Shown: positions 9,396 through 20,061, counted from the stretch's first letter. The stretch is 64,000 bases of DNA from an uncultured delta proteobacterium (GCA_963727445.1 CAVSGI010000014.1:96001-160000); one strand, 5' to 3'. Translations and numbers: made by a program. The notes: generated from the letters alone by a model not told the origin.

Positions 9396-10632
9396 ATGAG
9401 GGGAATCATCAAGGCGTTGGGGACGCTCTCTGCGCTCCTGCTCGTCAGTTGCGCGGGTGGTCTGGGTCAAGGCCGCGGCGGCGGCGGTGGTCAGGCCGGC
9501 GGTGGGGGAAGCGCCAGCATCGGCGCGCAGTGTCAGGGCGGCTTCGGCGCCACGGCAGCTGCGAAGAAGTTCTCGGGCTTCATCAGCGCGGCGGTGGCGT
9601 TTTCGAGCGCGGCCAACGACATCGCGATGACGATGCAGAACACGTGCACCGACATGGGACGCACGCTCGGCATTCCGGACGCGGAGATGCAGCCGATGGG
9701 CGACACGCCCCCGGTGAAGGCTGCATGTGATGCGGTCGCGGCGAAGGTCCGCTCCGAGATGCAGGCGTTCCGCGCGGCGAACGTCACGGTGTCGGTTCAG
9801 CACACGCCGCCGCACTGCGAGGTCAGCGTCGACGCCTACGCGAACTGCATGGCGGAGTGCGACGTCAACTACGACCCGGGTGAGGCGAACATCCAGTGCG
9901 AGGGCGGCGAGAATCCGCGGCACCTGCACCGCCGAGTGCACCGGCACCTGCGCGGTGGAGGTCGAAGCGCACTGCGCGGGAAGCTGCGAGGGCACCTGCT
10001 CCGGCGGCTGCCGTGGCACCTGTCAGGGCGCCTGCGACGGCGAGTGCTCGGCCACGGACAGCGAAGGCAACTGCAACGGCTCGTGCAGCGGCACCTGCCA
10101 CGGCACCTGCTCCGCGAACTGCCAGGGCTCGTGCGAAGGCGAGTGCGTCGCGCAGGCCAACGGCCAGTGCTCCGGCGAGTGCCGCGGCGGCTGCTCGGTC
10201 GAGTGGCAGGAGCCACAGTGCACCGGCACCGTGCGCGCGCCCAGCGCGAGCGCCGACTGTCAGGCCGACTGTGACGCCCGCATCGACGCCCGTGCCGAGT
10301 GCACCTCCGGCTCCACCGAGGTGGCGATCGACGGCAACCTCGGCGACCTCGAGGAGCGTGCGGCGCGCATGACACAGGCGCTCGGCGCGGGTATGCCCGC
10401 GATCTTGAGCATGGGAGCCAAGGTACGACGTCTGACGGAGTCGGGCCGGGTGCTCGTCCAGCGCGCGCGCGACGTGCCGAACGCCATCGGCGATCTCGGT
10501 GTGACCGCGGTGGCCTGCGCGACGGAGTCGGCAGCCGTGGTGGCTCAGTCCTTCGCGAGCGTCAGCGTGAGCGTGGACGTCTCGGTGTCGGTCTCGGCCT
10601 CCGCTTCGGCCTCGGCCTCCGCCGGCAAGTAA
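9396..10632 (+). CDS. Cysteine-rich (CxGxC repeat) lipoprotein; frameshift near 9911
   Basis: GGGAAGGGA RBS and lipobox LVSC. GAGaATCCGC has one extra base joining the 9324 and 9727 ORFs. Many CxGxC units; ends SVSVSVDVSVSVSASASASASAGK. Confidence 0.8.
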
Positions 10633-10647
10633 CCCGAGCAAACGCTC

Positions 10648-11721
10648 GTGGCTCGTGGGGAGCAGGGGGCGCGGGAGCGCGGCGCTGGGCTAGCCATCGC
10701 CGCCGCCTTCGGCGTCCTCTGCCTCCTCGTCCTCTTCGGCGTGCTGGCCGTGACGCGCGCCTGCGAGCCCGGCGGCACTCCGCCACCGCCGTACATGACG
10801 ACGGCGCCCGAGCCCTTCAGCGGCGCCTTCGCTGCGGCCGCGCGCATCGGCACCCCGGCCTGCCGGCAGCTCGGCCCCGGGCTGACTCCGTCGAGCTACC
10901 GCAGCGATCTGGGCCACGAGCTCGAGGAGCGCGGCTACGTGGCGGAAGGCGAATGGAGCCCACCGACGGCGATGCCCGCCGAGGTGCAAGCGAGCGGATG
11001 TGGCTACGTGGCGGCCGTCGCCGACGGTGGCTTCATCGCCAGCGCCCTCGAAGACGCGACGCGGCAAGAGGTTCAGTGCGGCGGCGAACGGGCGCTCTTT
11101 TCGACGTGCGGCCAGCAGCCGATGTCGATCCAGGGTCAGGGCGACCTTCTGAGTCGCGTGTACCTCGCACCGGGTATGACCGCGGCGGACGTCGCCGCCA
11201 GTGACTTCGATCTCCCGGTGCTCCTCGCTCACGCGGAGGCCGAGGTGACGCTGGGCGAGCTCGGCTTCTCGCCGTCCGAGGAGCTGGTCGTCGAGGATCT
11301 CGGCGTCGTGGTCGCGAGCTACTACCACACCACCCGCCCGCCGGCCGTTCCCGACGAAGGATGCGTGCTCTGGGTGGGTGTCGCCTCGGGCCTCGGCAAC
11401 GCCACCGCGACGTGGAGCGGTGAACCGGGGGCCGGCTTCATGCCAGCGACGACGAGCTCCGACCAAGCGAGGCGAACCGCCAGCTTCGCGGCCTTCGCTT
11501 GCGGGGCGGACGCCGGCGCCTTGCGCGCCACGTCGGAGGTGTCGCTCCTCGCACCGGAAGCGGGGCCCGCCCGCATCGTCTACCGCGCCTACGCCCCACC
11601 GGCGCATCCCGGCCCGGGCGTCACGCCCGCTTCCACCACGATTGCCCGCGCGCGCAAAGTCGACGCCGGACGCGCCACGCTCCCGGATACGGTGCCCTTC
11701 GTCCGGCCCGAGGTGGACTGA
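10648..11721 (+). CDS. Membrane-anchored hypothetical protein
   Basis: N-terminal TM helix; fills the gap between co-oriented genes. Confidence 0.55.
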   Translation: MARGEQGARERGAGLAIAAAFGVLCLLVLFGVLAVTRACEPGGTPPPPYMTTAPEPFSGAFAAAARIGTPACRQLGPGLTPSSYRSDLGHELEERGYVAEGEWSPPTAMPAEVQASGCGYVAAVADGGFIASALEDATRQEVQCGGERALFSTCGQQPMSIQGQGDLLSRVYLAPGMTAADVAASDFDLPVLLAHAEAEVTLGELGFSPSEELVVEDLGVVVASYYHTTRPPAVPDEGCVLWVGVASGLGNATATWSGEPGAGFMPATTSSDQARRTASFAAFACGADAGALRATSEVSLLAPEAGPARIVYRAYAPPAHPGPGVTPASTTIARARKVDAGRATLPDTVPFVRPEVD

Positions 11722-11767
11722 GGGGCGGTTGACGACGGCGGGGGTGGCCGGCATCGTGCGAAGCCCC

Positions 11768-12376
11768 ATGCGCTACAAGAAGAGCGAGATCAGCGCCTCT
11801 CAGATCGTCTCGGCGGCGATCCGCATTCTCGCCAAGCAGGGGTATGCACGCACCAGCTTGATGGACATCGCCCGTGAAGCGGGGATGAGCAAGGGCGCGG
11901 TCCACTACCACTTCCCCACGAAGGACGCGTTGATCCAGGAGGTGCTGGAGCGCGCCTGCGACGTGGTCGCCCAGCGGACCCTCGCCGCCTGGCAGGCGGG
12001 CGCGAGCCCCTTCGAGTCGATCCGCTCGTCGCTGCTCGAGCTGTGGAAGGTGCGCGCGGAGCGGACGGACGAGGCGTTGGTGATCGCCGACCTCCTCGCC
12101 CAGAGCCAGTACGACGACGTGCTCCGGCCCAAGCTCGCCGCCTATTACCGCTACGCCGCTTCACAGGTGCACGAGGCGATCACCCCCACCCTCCTCGCCG
12201 CCGGCCTCTCCCCGAAGGTTCCGCCCGAAGTCCTGCCGCGGATCCTCCTCGGGCTCCTCGACGGGCTGGTGATGCAGATCTTCGTCGACCCTGACGCCTT
12301 GAGCCCCGACGACGTGGTGGACGCCCTGGTCACCGTCGCGCAGTCCATGTTCCAGCTCGCCCCCGCGAAGAACTGA
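11768..12376 (+). CDS. TetR/AcrR family transcriptional regulator
   Basis: HTH: IVSAAIRILAKQGYARTSLMDIAREAGMSKGAVHYHFPTKDAL. Confidence 0.93.
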   Translation: MRYKKSEISASQIVSAAIRILAKQGYARTSLMDIAREAGMSKGAVHYHFPTKDALIQEVLERACDVVAQRTLAAWQAGASPFESIRSSLLELWKVRAERTDEALVIADLLAQSQYDDVLRPKLAAYYRYAASQVHEAITPTLLAAGLSPKVPPEVLPRILLGLLDGLVMQIFVDPDALSPDDVVDALVTVAQSMFQLAPAKN

Positions 12377-12378
12377 CG

Positions 12379-13384
12379 ATGTCCAGCGCCTTCGACTCGA
12401 TCATCGCCCAGCCCGTCGCCGTTCGCGTGCTCACGCGTGCCGTGCAGAGCGGCCGCATCGCCAACAGCTACCTCTTCGAAGGGCCGAGCGGGGTGGGCAA
12501 GTCGATGGCCGCCCTGGCCCTGGCGCAGGCGGTCTTGTGCCCGAAGGCCAAGGGGCGGGGGTGCGGCGAGTGCGACGTCTGCCGCCGAGCGCGGGAGGGG
12601 AGCCACCCCGACGTCCGCACCTTCGGCCCCCGCGACGAGGGCAACCGCAACATCCAGGTCGAGTTCCTCCGCAACGAGATCCTCCCGGTCGCTCAGTTCG
12701 CCCCCTTCGAGGCGGAGGCCGCGTTTCTGATCTTCCCCGAAGCGGACGTCTCCTTTCCGGAGGTCCATCCGGAGTCGGCGAACGCCCTGCTCAAGACCCT
12801 CGAAGAGCCCCGCCCCGGGGTCCACTTCCTCCTGCTCTCGGAGCGGCCGGATCGCCTCCTGCCCACGATCCGCAGCCGCTGCCAGAACGTGCGCTTCTCG
12901 CGCCTGCCAGCCACGGTTCTCGAGCGGATCCTCTCGGAACACGGGGTCCCCGAGGCCGATCGGGGGCCTGCGGCGGCCCTGGCGGACGGGCGCGCCGACC
13001 GGGCGCTGGCCATGGCCGAGAGCGGCACCAGCCAGGAGGTGCTCGAGCGCGCCCTGGCCATCGACGCCTCCGTGGCCAGCCGCAAGCCCGGGTCGCTGGT
13101 CTCGATCGCCGAGGAGCTGGCGCGGAGCGACGATTCTCGAGCTGACGCTGGAGACCCTGTCGACTTTCTACCGGGACGTGGCGGCCGCGGGCCTCCGCGC
13201 TCCCGACCAGGCGCTCGCCTTCCGGCATCGGGCCGACGCGATCCGCGAGCGGGCGCGGGTGGTCAGCCCGGCCCAGGCGGCCGCGCGGGTGGAGCTCATC
13301 CGCGGCGCGATGGACACTTTCGAGCGAAACGCCAATCGCCAGAGTGCTTTGGACGCGCTCCTCTTCGGCCTCGGGCAGGCGTGA
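12379..13384 (+). CDS. holB: DNA polymerase III delta' subunit; frameshift near 13135
   Basis: YLFEGPSGVGK, zinc module CGECDVC, HPDV, ANALLKTLEEP, LLPTIRSRC. The C-terminus continues in the 13178 frame. Confidence 0.9.
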
Positions 13385-13398
13385 AAAAATCGTACTCG

Positions 13399-13523
13399 GG
13401 CGAAGAACCTCAGCGTGTTGCGGGATTGTGGACCCTTCGGGAAGGCCCTCGTTAGTGAGTTGACGCCGGGCGGGGGATGCGTGACATGCTGTCCTCGGTT
13501 TCAGGTGATTTCCCGCCGTTTTT
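13399..13523 (+). ncRNA. Candidate structured non-coding RNA (family not recognised)
   Basis: 12-bp stem 13411-13422/13480-13491, cUUCGg hairpin 13433-13441, stem 13446-13453/13469-13476, outer 5'/3' pairing and a T-tract at 13519-13523. Confidence 0.55.
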
Positions 13524-13598
13524 GGTCGGAATGATCGTTGCTGAGGAGACAGACGCGCACCAGGTGGTTGGGAGGTGCGGATCTCCAGGGAGGAACGA

Positions 13599-14147
13599 AT
13601 GGCTCGCATCGCAATCGCGCTCACCGCTCTGGCCGTGCTCGGCGCATGCACGGCGGACACGGGCAACTCTTCGACGTCCAGCGCTCTCGCGCTCGCCGAC
13701 AAGGCAGCCGTGGAGTCGCAGGTCTATTACATCGACAGGGGCATCAGTGATGCTCCACTCAGAGCTGACCAGCTCGACGACTCGGGATGCGCCGTCCCGG
13801 TTCGCATCACCTTCGACGCGGACTTCGCGGTCGCGCACTACGCGCCCGACGGTGAGCCGCTCCTCGACGAGGATCACATCGTCGCGATGTGGCAGATCGC
13901 CGAACACGTGACACCCGCCGACGGCGAGCTCGACGAGGGTGGCGCCGACCTGCCGGTCGCCGTCCCGGAGCCGAACTACCCGACGCCGGCGCTCGACGGC
14001 CGGCTCGATTTGAACCCGGTCTCCGACATCGCCCGCCGGCTGATGAAGACGGGCATCAACGCGCCCTACGCGCGCATCGATTGGCTCCGCCAGTACTTCG
14101 AGGACATGCTCCGGCTCCCGCCGGGCGCACACCCCGGCTGCAGCTGA
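13599..14147 (+). CDS. Putative lipoprotein
   Basis: GGAGGA RBS, signal peptide with lipobox LGAC, downstream terminator. Confidence 0.75.
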   Translation: MARIAIALTALAVLGACTADTGNSSTSSALALADKAAVESQVYYIDRGISDAPLRADQLDDSGCAVPVRITFDADFAVAHYAPDGEPLLDEDHIVAMWQIAEHVTPADGELDEGGADLPVAVPEPNYPTPALDGRLDLNPVSDIARRLMKTGINAPYARIDWLRQYFEDMLRLPPGAHPGCS

Positions 14148-14169
14148 GCACCACCCCCATCACATGATG

Positions 14170-14201
14170 AAGGCCCGCGTTCTATTAGACGCGGGCCTTT
14201 T
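14170..14201 (+). terminator. Intrinsic terminator
   Basis: AAGGCCCGCGT-loop-ACGCGGGCCTT followed by T residues. Confidence 0.85.
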
Positions 14202-14221
14202 CGTTTAAGCTACGCGAGTCG

Positions 14222-15172
14222 ATGAATCGACCCCTCCTCCTCTCCGCCGCTGCCGCCCTCTGGCTGACGGCGGCCCCCGTCGCGCATGCACACGACCACA
14301 GCATCGGCGTGGGCTATCGCTACGGGCACCTGAATACCGGCAGCGATCAGGTCTACGACTTCCACTCGGCCACCGTGCAGTACGCCATGTCCATCGGCGG
14401 CTGGCTGCGCTTCTTCAGCGTCCTCGAGGTCATGATCCCGGCAGTGGGCGTGCAGAACGGGACGAGCTACGACCTGAACAGCACCTACCGCAGCAAGTTC
14501 GGCGCGGACGTCTCCTTCGGCGGAGCGCTCCACTTCCAGCCGCTCGAACGTCTCTTCGTCCTGACCGGCATCGGCCCCCACATGAACGCGATGACCCTCT
14601 CGCACGAGGAGCTGGTCACCTTCAACAGCCTCACCCTCGGCATCACCTCCTTCTCGACGGCGCGCTACGCCATCAACGACTGGCTCGAGACCGGCGCCAA
14701 CCTGACGGTCTCGGTGGACTTCGCCGATCCCCTTCACACCGTCGCCCCGCTCGACTGGGGCGTGCACTTCGCGGTCACGGCGATCGTGGGTGTGCGGCTG
14801 GGTGAAGGGGACGCGCCGGATCTGTCGGAGGACTTGAGAGGGGGGCCGCGGCGAGGGGGGCGGCGGCGGTCGGAGGCGGAGACAGAGACGGAGACGGACG
14901 AGACGGGGACTGAACCGAGCGAGTTGAATGAGGGGAACGGCGCCACCACCGACCGGCCGATGACCGGCGACGGCGCGGGCGCGGGAACGGGAACGGGCGC
15001 GGGAACGGGCGCGGGAACGGGAACGGTTCCTGCGGACCAGGTGGACGAACCCCACGGGGGTGAAGGGCCACGGCCGGATATCCAACGAGAGGGGCCTGCG
15101 CCGACTGCGTCCCCGCCGAACACGACAGCGGGAGCGGGAACGGGCGCGGGCGCGGGCGAGGACGCACCGTGA
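14222..15172 (+). CDS. Putative outer-membrane beta-barrel protein with a low-complexity C-tail carrying an inserted repeat
   Basis: Signal peptide ending AHA, alternating aromatic beta-strands, GT/GA-rich tail. Confidence 0.65.
   Translation: MNRPLLLSAAAALWLTAAPVAHAHDHSIGVGYRYGHLNTGSDQVYDFHSATVQYAMSIGGWLRFFSVLEVMIPAVGVQNGTSYDLNSTYRSKFGADVSFGGALHFQPLERLFVLTGIGPHMNAMTLSHEELVTFNSLTLGITSFSTARYAINDWLETGANLTVSVDFADPLHTVAPLDWGVHFAVTAIVGVRLGEGDAPDLSEDLRGGPRRGGRRRSEAETETETDETGTEPSELNEGNGATTDRPMTGDGAGAGTGTGAGTGAGTGTVPADQVDEPHGGEGPRPDIQREGPAPTASPPNTTAGAGTGAGAGEDAP
15013..15133 (+). repeat. Dispersed ~120-bp intragenic element, copy 1
   Basis: Nearly identical to the reverse complement of 59484-59612 (4 substitutions plus a 3-nt indel in the core); GGGAAC/GGGCGC hexamer flanks. 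Confidence 0.9.
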
Positions 15173-16125
15173 GACGCCTTCTCTTCCTCCTCTTGCTCCC
15201 CCTCCTCCTCGCTTGCGAGCCCGTCTACGGCGACCTCGCGACGCCCATCGATCGGAGCATGCCTTTTCGGGCGGCGGCCGAGACCTTCATGGCGGGAGAC
15301 GCGGAGATGACCGCGATGGTGATCTTCGGTGATCAGGACGCGGACAACATCGGCGACATCGCCTATGGCGAGGTGCTCGCGAACGGTGAGACGCGCCTCT
15401 ACACCGGGACCTACGTCGCGCCCGAAGAGGACATGGTGGAGGCGACCTTCGACGTGCTCTTCTTCATCCCCTACGAATACGACGTGGGGGCCACCGAGCG
15501 CGTGGGCGCGCAGACCATGGTCCTCGACGAGCCCATCGTCTACACGGCCACGCTGATGGCGGGCGCGGACGAAGCGATGGTCGACACCGGCAGCGGCGCC
15601 CGCACCTTCGCTCGCCTCGGAACGCTGCTCCCGAACATCGACCTGTCCACGATGGACGGGCAGTGGACCCTGTCACGCCTCTACAACTACGCCTACGTGA
15701 TCTCGCTCAGCCGCGTCATCGGCTGGGGCAGCGCCGGGCTCACCATGTACATCGGGCGCGCGGGCGTCTTCGACGGCCTGCAGCGCGGACGACAGGAGGT
15801 GCAGCTCCGCGACCTCCTCTCGCCCAAGTCCTCTTTCACGTACTTCGACTACACGGACCTGACCGGCTTCCGCTACGACGGCACCTACGAGAGCCACACC
15901 GACATCTCGGCGACCGGGATGCTGCTCGGCTCGGTCGAGTTCAGCATGGCGGGCGAGAACGACGGAACGCCGATCTTCTCCGGACGCATCGAGTACGACA
16001 ACCTCATCGTGAACGACGGCATCCCCAACGAGGGCTTCTACCGCTTCGTCATGGACGACGGACAGACCTGGGACATCGCAGCCGCCGATTTCCACCACGT
16101 GGATCTGAGCGGCTTGTTTCCGTGA
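15169..16125 (+). CDS. Putative lipoprotein
   Basis: MRRLLFLLLLPLLLAC lipobox; GTGA overlap with the upstream gene. Confidence 0.75.
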   Translation: MRRLLFLLLLPLLLACEPVYGDLATPIDRSMPFRAAAETFMAGDAEMTAMVIFGDQDADNIGDIAYGEVLANGETRLYTGTYVAPEEDMVEATFDVLFFIPYEYDVGATERVGAQTMVLDEPIVYTATLMAGADEAMVDTGSGARTFARLGTLLPNIDLSTMDGQWTLSRLYNYAYVISLSRVIGWGSAGLTMYIGRAGVFDGLQRGRQEVQLRDLLSPKSSFTYFDYTDLTGFRYDGTYESHTDISATGMLLGSVEFSMAGENDGTPIFSGRIEYDNLIVNDGIPNEGFYRFVMDDGQTWDIAAADFHHVDLSGLFP

Positions 16126-16134
16126 TGGGCCGCC

Positions 16135-18128
16135 TCAGCTGACGCGGCTGCCGACAGGGATGTCCTCGTCCACCGTGAGCACGCCGAGGGTGGAGTCGTC
16201 GGAAGCGGCGAGGACCATCCCCTGGCTCTCCATGCCCATGATCTTGCGCGGCGCGAGGTTGCACACCACGACGACCTTCTTCCCCACCAGCGCTTCGGCG
16301 TCGTAGTGCTCGAGAGATCCCGGCGAGGATCTGCCGGGGCGCGTCCTCACCGAGGTCGACCGAGAGCTTGAGGAGCTTCTTGCTCTTTTCGATCCTGTCG
16401 GCGCTGAGCACCTTGCCGAGGCGCATCTCCACTTTGGCGAAGTCGTCGTAGACGATGGTCCCGGTGTCGCTCGCGTTCTTCTTCGGAGCGGCCTGCTTCT
16501 TCGCCGGCTTCTGGTCCTCGTGGCCGGCTGACGCCTCCGCCGCGCCGAGGCGCTCGAGCATCTCGGCCTGGGCCGCATCGTCGAGGCGCGGAAAGAGCGC
16601 CGCCCCCGGGGCGGTCTTGGTACCGGCGGCGAGCCCGCCCCATTCCGCGGGCCACACGTCTTCACCTTCGGTCACCTTCACCGGCCCGAGACCCAGCTGC
16701 CCCATCAGCGCATCGCATTTTTCGGGCATGTAGGGCCAGAGCATCACGCCCAGCCAGCGGAGCGACTCGAGGACGGCGTAGGCGACGACCGCGAGGCGCG
16801 CGTCGTCCCCCTCCTTGGCGAGCTTCCAGGGCGCCGTCTGATCGACGTACTTGTTCGCCGCCGCCACCAGCTCCCAGGCCGCGTCGAGGGCGCGGTGCGG
16901 CGCCACGTCGTCGAGGTGCGCCGCGGCCGAGGCGGCCGCTTGCTTCGCCGTCGCGATCAGCTCCCGGTCGAGGTCCGTCATCGCCGCCGCGTCCACCGCG
17001 GGCACCTCGCCGCCCAGGTTCTTCTTCACGATCGAAGAGACGATGCGGTTCAGGAGATTGCCGAGCCCGTTGCCGAGCTCCCCGTTGTAGCGAGCGAGAA
17101 GATTCTTGTGGCTGAAGTCGCCGTCCTGACCGAAGGCGACCTCGCGCATCAGGTAGTAGCGCACGACGTCGGCGCCGAGCTCTTTCACCAGCGGCCCCGG
17201 CGGGATGAAGTTACCGAGGCGCTTGCTCATCTTCTGACCGTCGACGGTGAGCCAGCCGTGAGCCCAGATCTGCGAGGGCGGCTCGATCCCCGCGCTCATC
17301 AGGAAGGCGGGCCAGTAGACGGCGTGAAAGCGCAGGATGTCCTTGCCGACGATGTGCACCACGTCCGCCGAGGGCGGCCAGAACCGATCGAAGAGGGGCG
17401 ACTCACCCGGTGCCGCCGGCCCGCCGAGGGCGCTGATGTAGTTGGTGAGCGCGTCGAGCCAGACGTACATCACGTGGGCGTCGTCCCCGGGAACGGGCAC
17501 GCCCCACTGGAAGGTGGTGCGCGAGATGCTGAGGTCGCGCAGGCCTGATTTGACGAAGCTCTTCACCTCGTTGAAGCGGCTCTCGGGCTGCACGAAGCGC
17601 GGGGTTGTTCTCGAGGTGCGTCAGGAGTCGGTCGCCGTAGGCGCTGAGCCGGAAGAAGTAGCTCTTCTCCTTGACGCGCTGGACCTTGCTCCGCGTGACC
17701 TCGTCCAGCTCGGCGAGCTCGGTCTCGGTGATGAAGGCCTCGTCGGCGACCGAGTACCAGCCCTCGTACTCGCCCAGGTAGATGTCGCCCTTGTCGACGA
17801 GGATCTGCCAGAGCTTCTGCACGCGCGACTCGTGTCGCTCCTCGGTGGTGCGGATGTAGTCGTCGAAGGTGCAGGAGAGCTCCTCGAAGGCCTGCTTGAA
17901 GGGCGGCGACATCTCGTCGACGAAGGCCTGGGGCTTCTTGCCCAGCTCGTCGGCCTTCTGCTCGATCTTCTGGCCGTGCTCGTCGGTGCCGGTCAGGAAG
18001 CGGACCGGACGGCCGCGCAGGCGCTGGTATCGCGCGAGGACGTCGGCGGCGACCGTCGAATACGCGTGACCGATGTGCGGCCGGTCGTTGACGTAGTAGA
18101 TGGGGGTCGTGACGTAGAAGGGCTTCAT
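16135..18128 (-). CDS. metG: Methionine--tRNA ligase with C-terminal tRNA-binding domain; frameshifts near 17600 and 16315
   Basis: [38 protein letters not shown] domain ([19 protein letters not shown]). Confidence 0.95.
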
Positions 18129-18211
18129 GAGGAGGGGGCGAGGATAGTGCCTCAGCCCGGTGGTGTCAGGGCGGCTTTACTCGCGCCCTCCCCTGCGCTA
18201 CCTCGCAGCCG

Positions 18212-19273
18212 ATGCTGGCGACGCTCATCCCCATGCAGCGGCCCACCTTCGAGGCGGCGATCCGCGATGCGGGCTCGCGCAAGCGGGAGGCGCGGCTGGC
18301 GGCGGCGGACCGCCTCGGGAGCCCACCGACTGGGCTCGAGGCCGAGGCCGCCGAGGCGCTGGCCATCCTCGCCGACGACCCCGACCCGGCCATCCGCCGG
18401 ACGGCGCTCCTCGCGCTCGGTGGGCTCGAGGACGCGGGACGGGCGCACCTCGCGCTGGTGCTGCTGCGCTTCGACGACGGCGACCCCGCCGTTCGACAGG
18501 CGGCGGTGATCGCGGCGGGAAGTCTCGGCGGCGACGAGGCCGCCGGAGCGATTCGCGACGCGCTCGAGAGCCCGCATCCGGACATGCGCTTTCAGGCGGT
18601 GATGAGCGTCGTCGAGCTGGATCTCGAAGACACCGCTCACCTCGTTCGGGCACGCCTCTCGGACGACGATGCCGAGGTCCGGGCGCATGCCGCCGAAGCG
18701 CTCGGCAAGAAGGGCGACGAGGAGGCGAGCGAGGCGCTGGCGAAGGCGCTCGACGACGAGGCGCCGCTCGTGCGCTACGAAGCCGCGCTGGCCCTGGCCT
18801 CCCTGGGCGACGACCGCGGAGCGGCGGTGCTCCGCGAAGCGCTCCACGTGCCCGAGACCGCGATCGCGGCCGCGATGGCGCTCGGGGACGTGAGGGCCGA
18901 GTCGGCGCGCGAGGACCTCGCCGCCATCGCCAAGCGCAAGCTGCTCTCGCCGCTGATGCGCGCCGCGGTGGGAGGTGCGCTCTGTCGCCTCGATGACGCG
19001 CGCGGCGTGGCAGCCCTGCGCGCAGCGATGCACGCCCTGCGCGCGGACGGCCGGGGTCTCGCGGTGCAGCTCGCGGGCGAGCTCGCGCTCTTCGAGCTCG
19101 CCAAAGACCTCGCGACCCTCGCGCGACGCCCGCGCGGCACCGATCCCGTCACCCTGGCCGAGGCGCTGGGGCGCCTCGCCCACGAGAGCGACGTGGCCCG
19201 ATCCGCGCTCGAGGAGATGGCACAGAGCGGCGACGAGGAGAGCGCCGCGGCGGCGCGGGAGGCGCTCTCGTGA
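18212..19273 (+). CDS. HEAT/PBS-lyase repeat protein
   Basis: Repeated L.DD.dp.VR..AA.ALG units. Confidence 0.85.
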   Translation: MLATLIPMQRPTFEAAIRDAGSRKREARLAAADRLGSPPTGLEAEAAEALAILADDPDPAIRRTALLALGGLEDAGRAHLALVLLRFDDGDPAVRQAAVIAAGSLGGDEAAGAIRDALESPHPDMRFQAVMSVVELDLEDTAHLVRARLSDDDAEVRAHAAEALGKKGDEEASEALAKALDDEAPLVRYEAALALASLGDDRGAAVLREALHVPETAIAAAMALGDVRAESAREDLAAIAKRKLLSPLMRAAVGGALCRLDDARGVAALRAAMHALRADGRGLAVQLAGELALFELAKDLATLARRPRGTDPVTLAEALGRLAHESDVARSALEEMAQSGDEESAAAAREALS

Positions 19274-20061
19274 CGGTCGAGCTCATCGATACCCACTGCC
19301 ACCTCGACTTCGATCGCTACGACGAGGACCGCGAGGCGGTCTTCGAGCGGGCCGCGGCAGAGGGCGTGACGCGGATGATGACCATCGGCTGCGCGCAGTC
19401 GGTACAGGACGCGGACGCCGCCCTCCGGATGGCCCAGGCGCGACCCGACCGCCTCCGCGCGAGCGTCGGCATCCATCCGCACGACGCCGCCAATGCCGAC
19501 CAGGCCCTGCTCGACGCCATCGAGCGTCTCTCGGCCGACCCGCTCGTGCTCGCCATCGGCGAGATGGGTCTCGACTTCTTCTACGACAACTCGCCGCGGG
19601 ATGCGCAACGCGAGGCTTTCCGCGCGCAGATCGCCATCGCGCGGCGCGCGAAGAAGCCCATCGTCATCCACACGCGCAACGCCCCCGCCGAGACCCTCGA
19701 CATCCTGCGCGAGGAGAACGCGAAGGACGTCGGCGGCATCATCCACTGCTTCAGCGAGGATGCGCCCTTCGCGCGCGCCGCCCTGGACCTCGGCTTCGTC
19801 TCCTCCTTCAGTGGCCTGGTCACTTTCAACAAGAAGGTCGACGGCATTCGCGAGGCCGCGAAGGCGCAGCCCGCCGACGCGATCCTGGTCGAGACGGACG
19901 CGCCCTTCCTCGCCCCGCACCCGAAGCGCGGCAAGCGCAACGAGCCTTCCTACGTCGCGCACACGGCGCGCTTCCTCGCGGAGCTTCGCGGGGTGAGCTT
20001 CGAAGAGATTGCCCGCGTCACCACCGACAACGCCGAGCGCGTGCTCGGCTGGAAGCGCTGA
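19270..20061 (+). CDS. tatD: TatD family nuclease
   Basis: IDTHCHL, VGIHPH, AIGEMGLD, IHTR, IHCFS, LVETDAPFLAP. Confidence 0.95.
   Translation: MTVELIDTHCHLDFDRYDEDREAVFERAAAEGVTRMMTIGCAQSVQDADAALRMAQARPDRLRASVGIHPHDAANADQALLDAIERLSADPLVLAIGEMGLDFFYDNSPRDAQREAFRAQIAIARRAKKPIVIHTRNAPAETLDILREENAKDVGGIIHCFSEDAPFARAALDLGFVSSFSGLVTFNKKVDGIREAAKAQPADAILVETDAPFLAPHPKRGKRNEPSYVAHTARFLAELRGVSFEEIARVTTDNAERVLGWKR

Noticed and set aside
13399..13523. SRP RNA (ffs) or 6S RNA
   Set aside because: It lacks the SRP domain IV GGAA tetraloop with CAGG/AGCAG, and is shorter and more branched than a 6S rod with a central bubble.
16135..18128. metG, holB and purN as pseudogenes or programmed frameshifts
   Set aside because: All catalytic motifs are intact, there are no slippery heptamers, and the window-wide indel rate is better explained by sequencing error.
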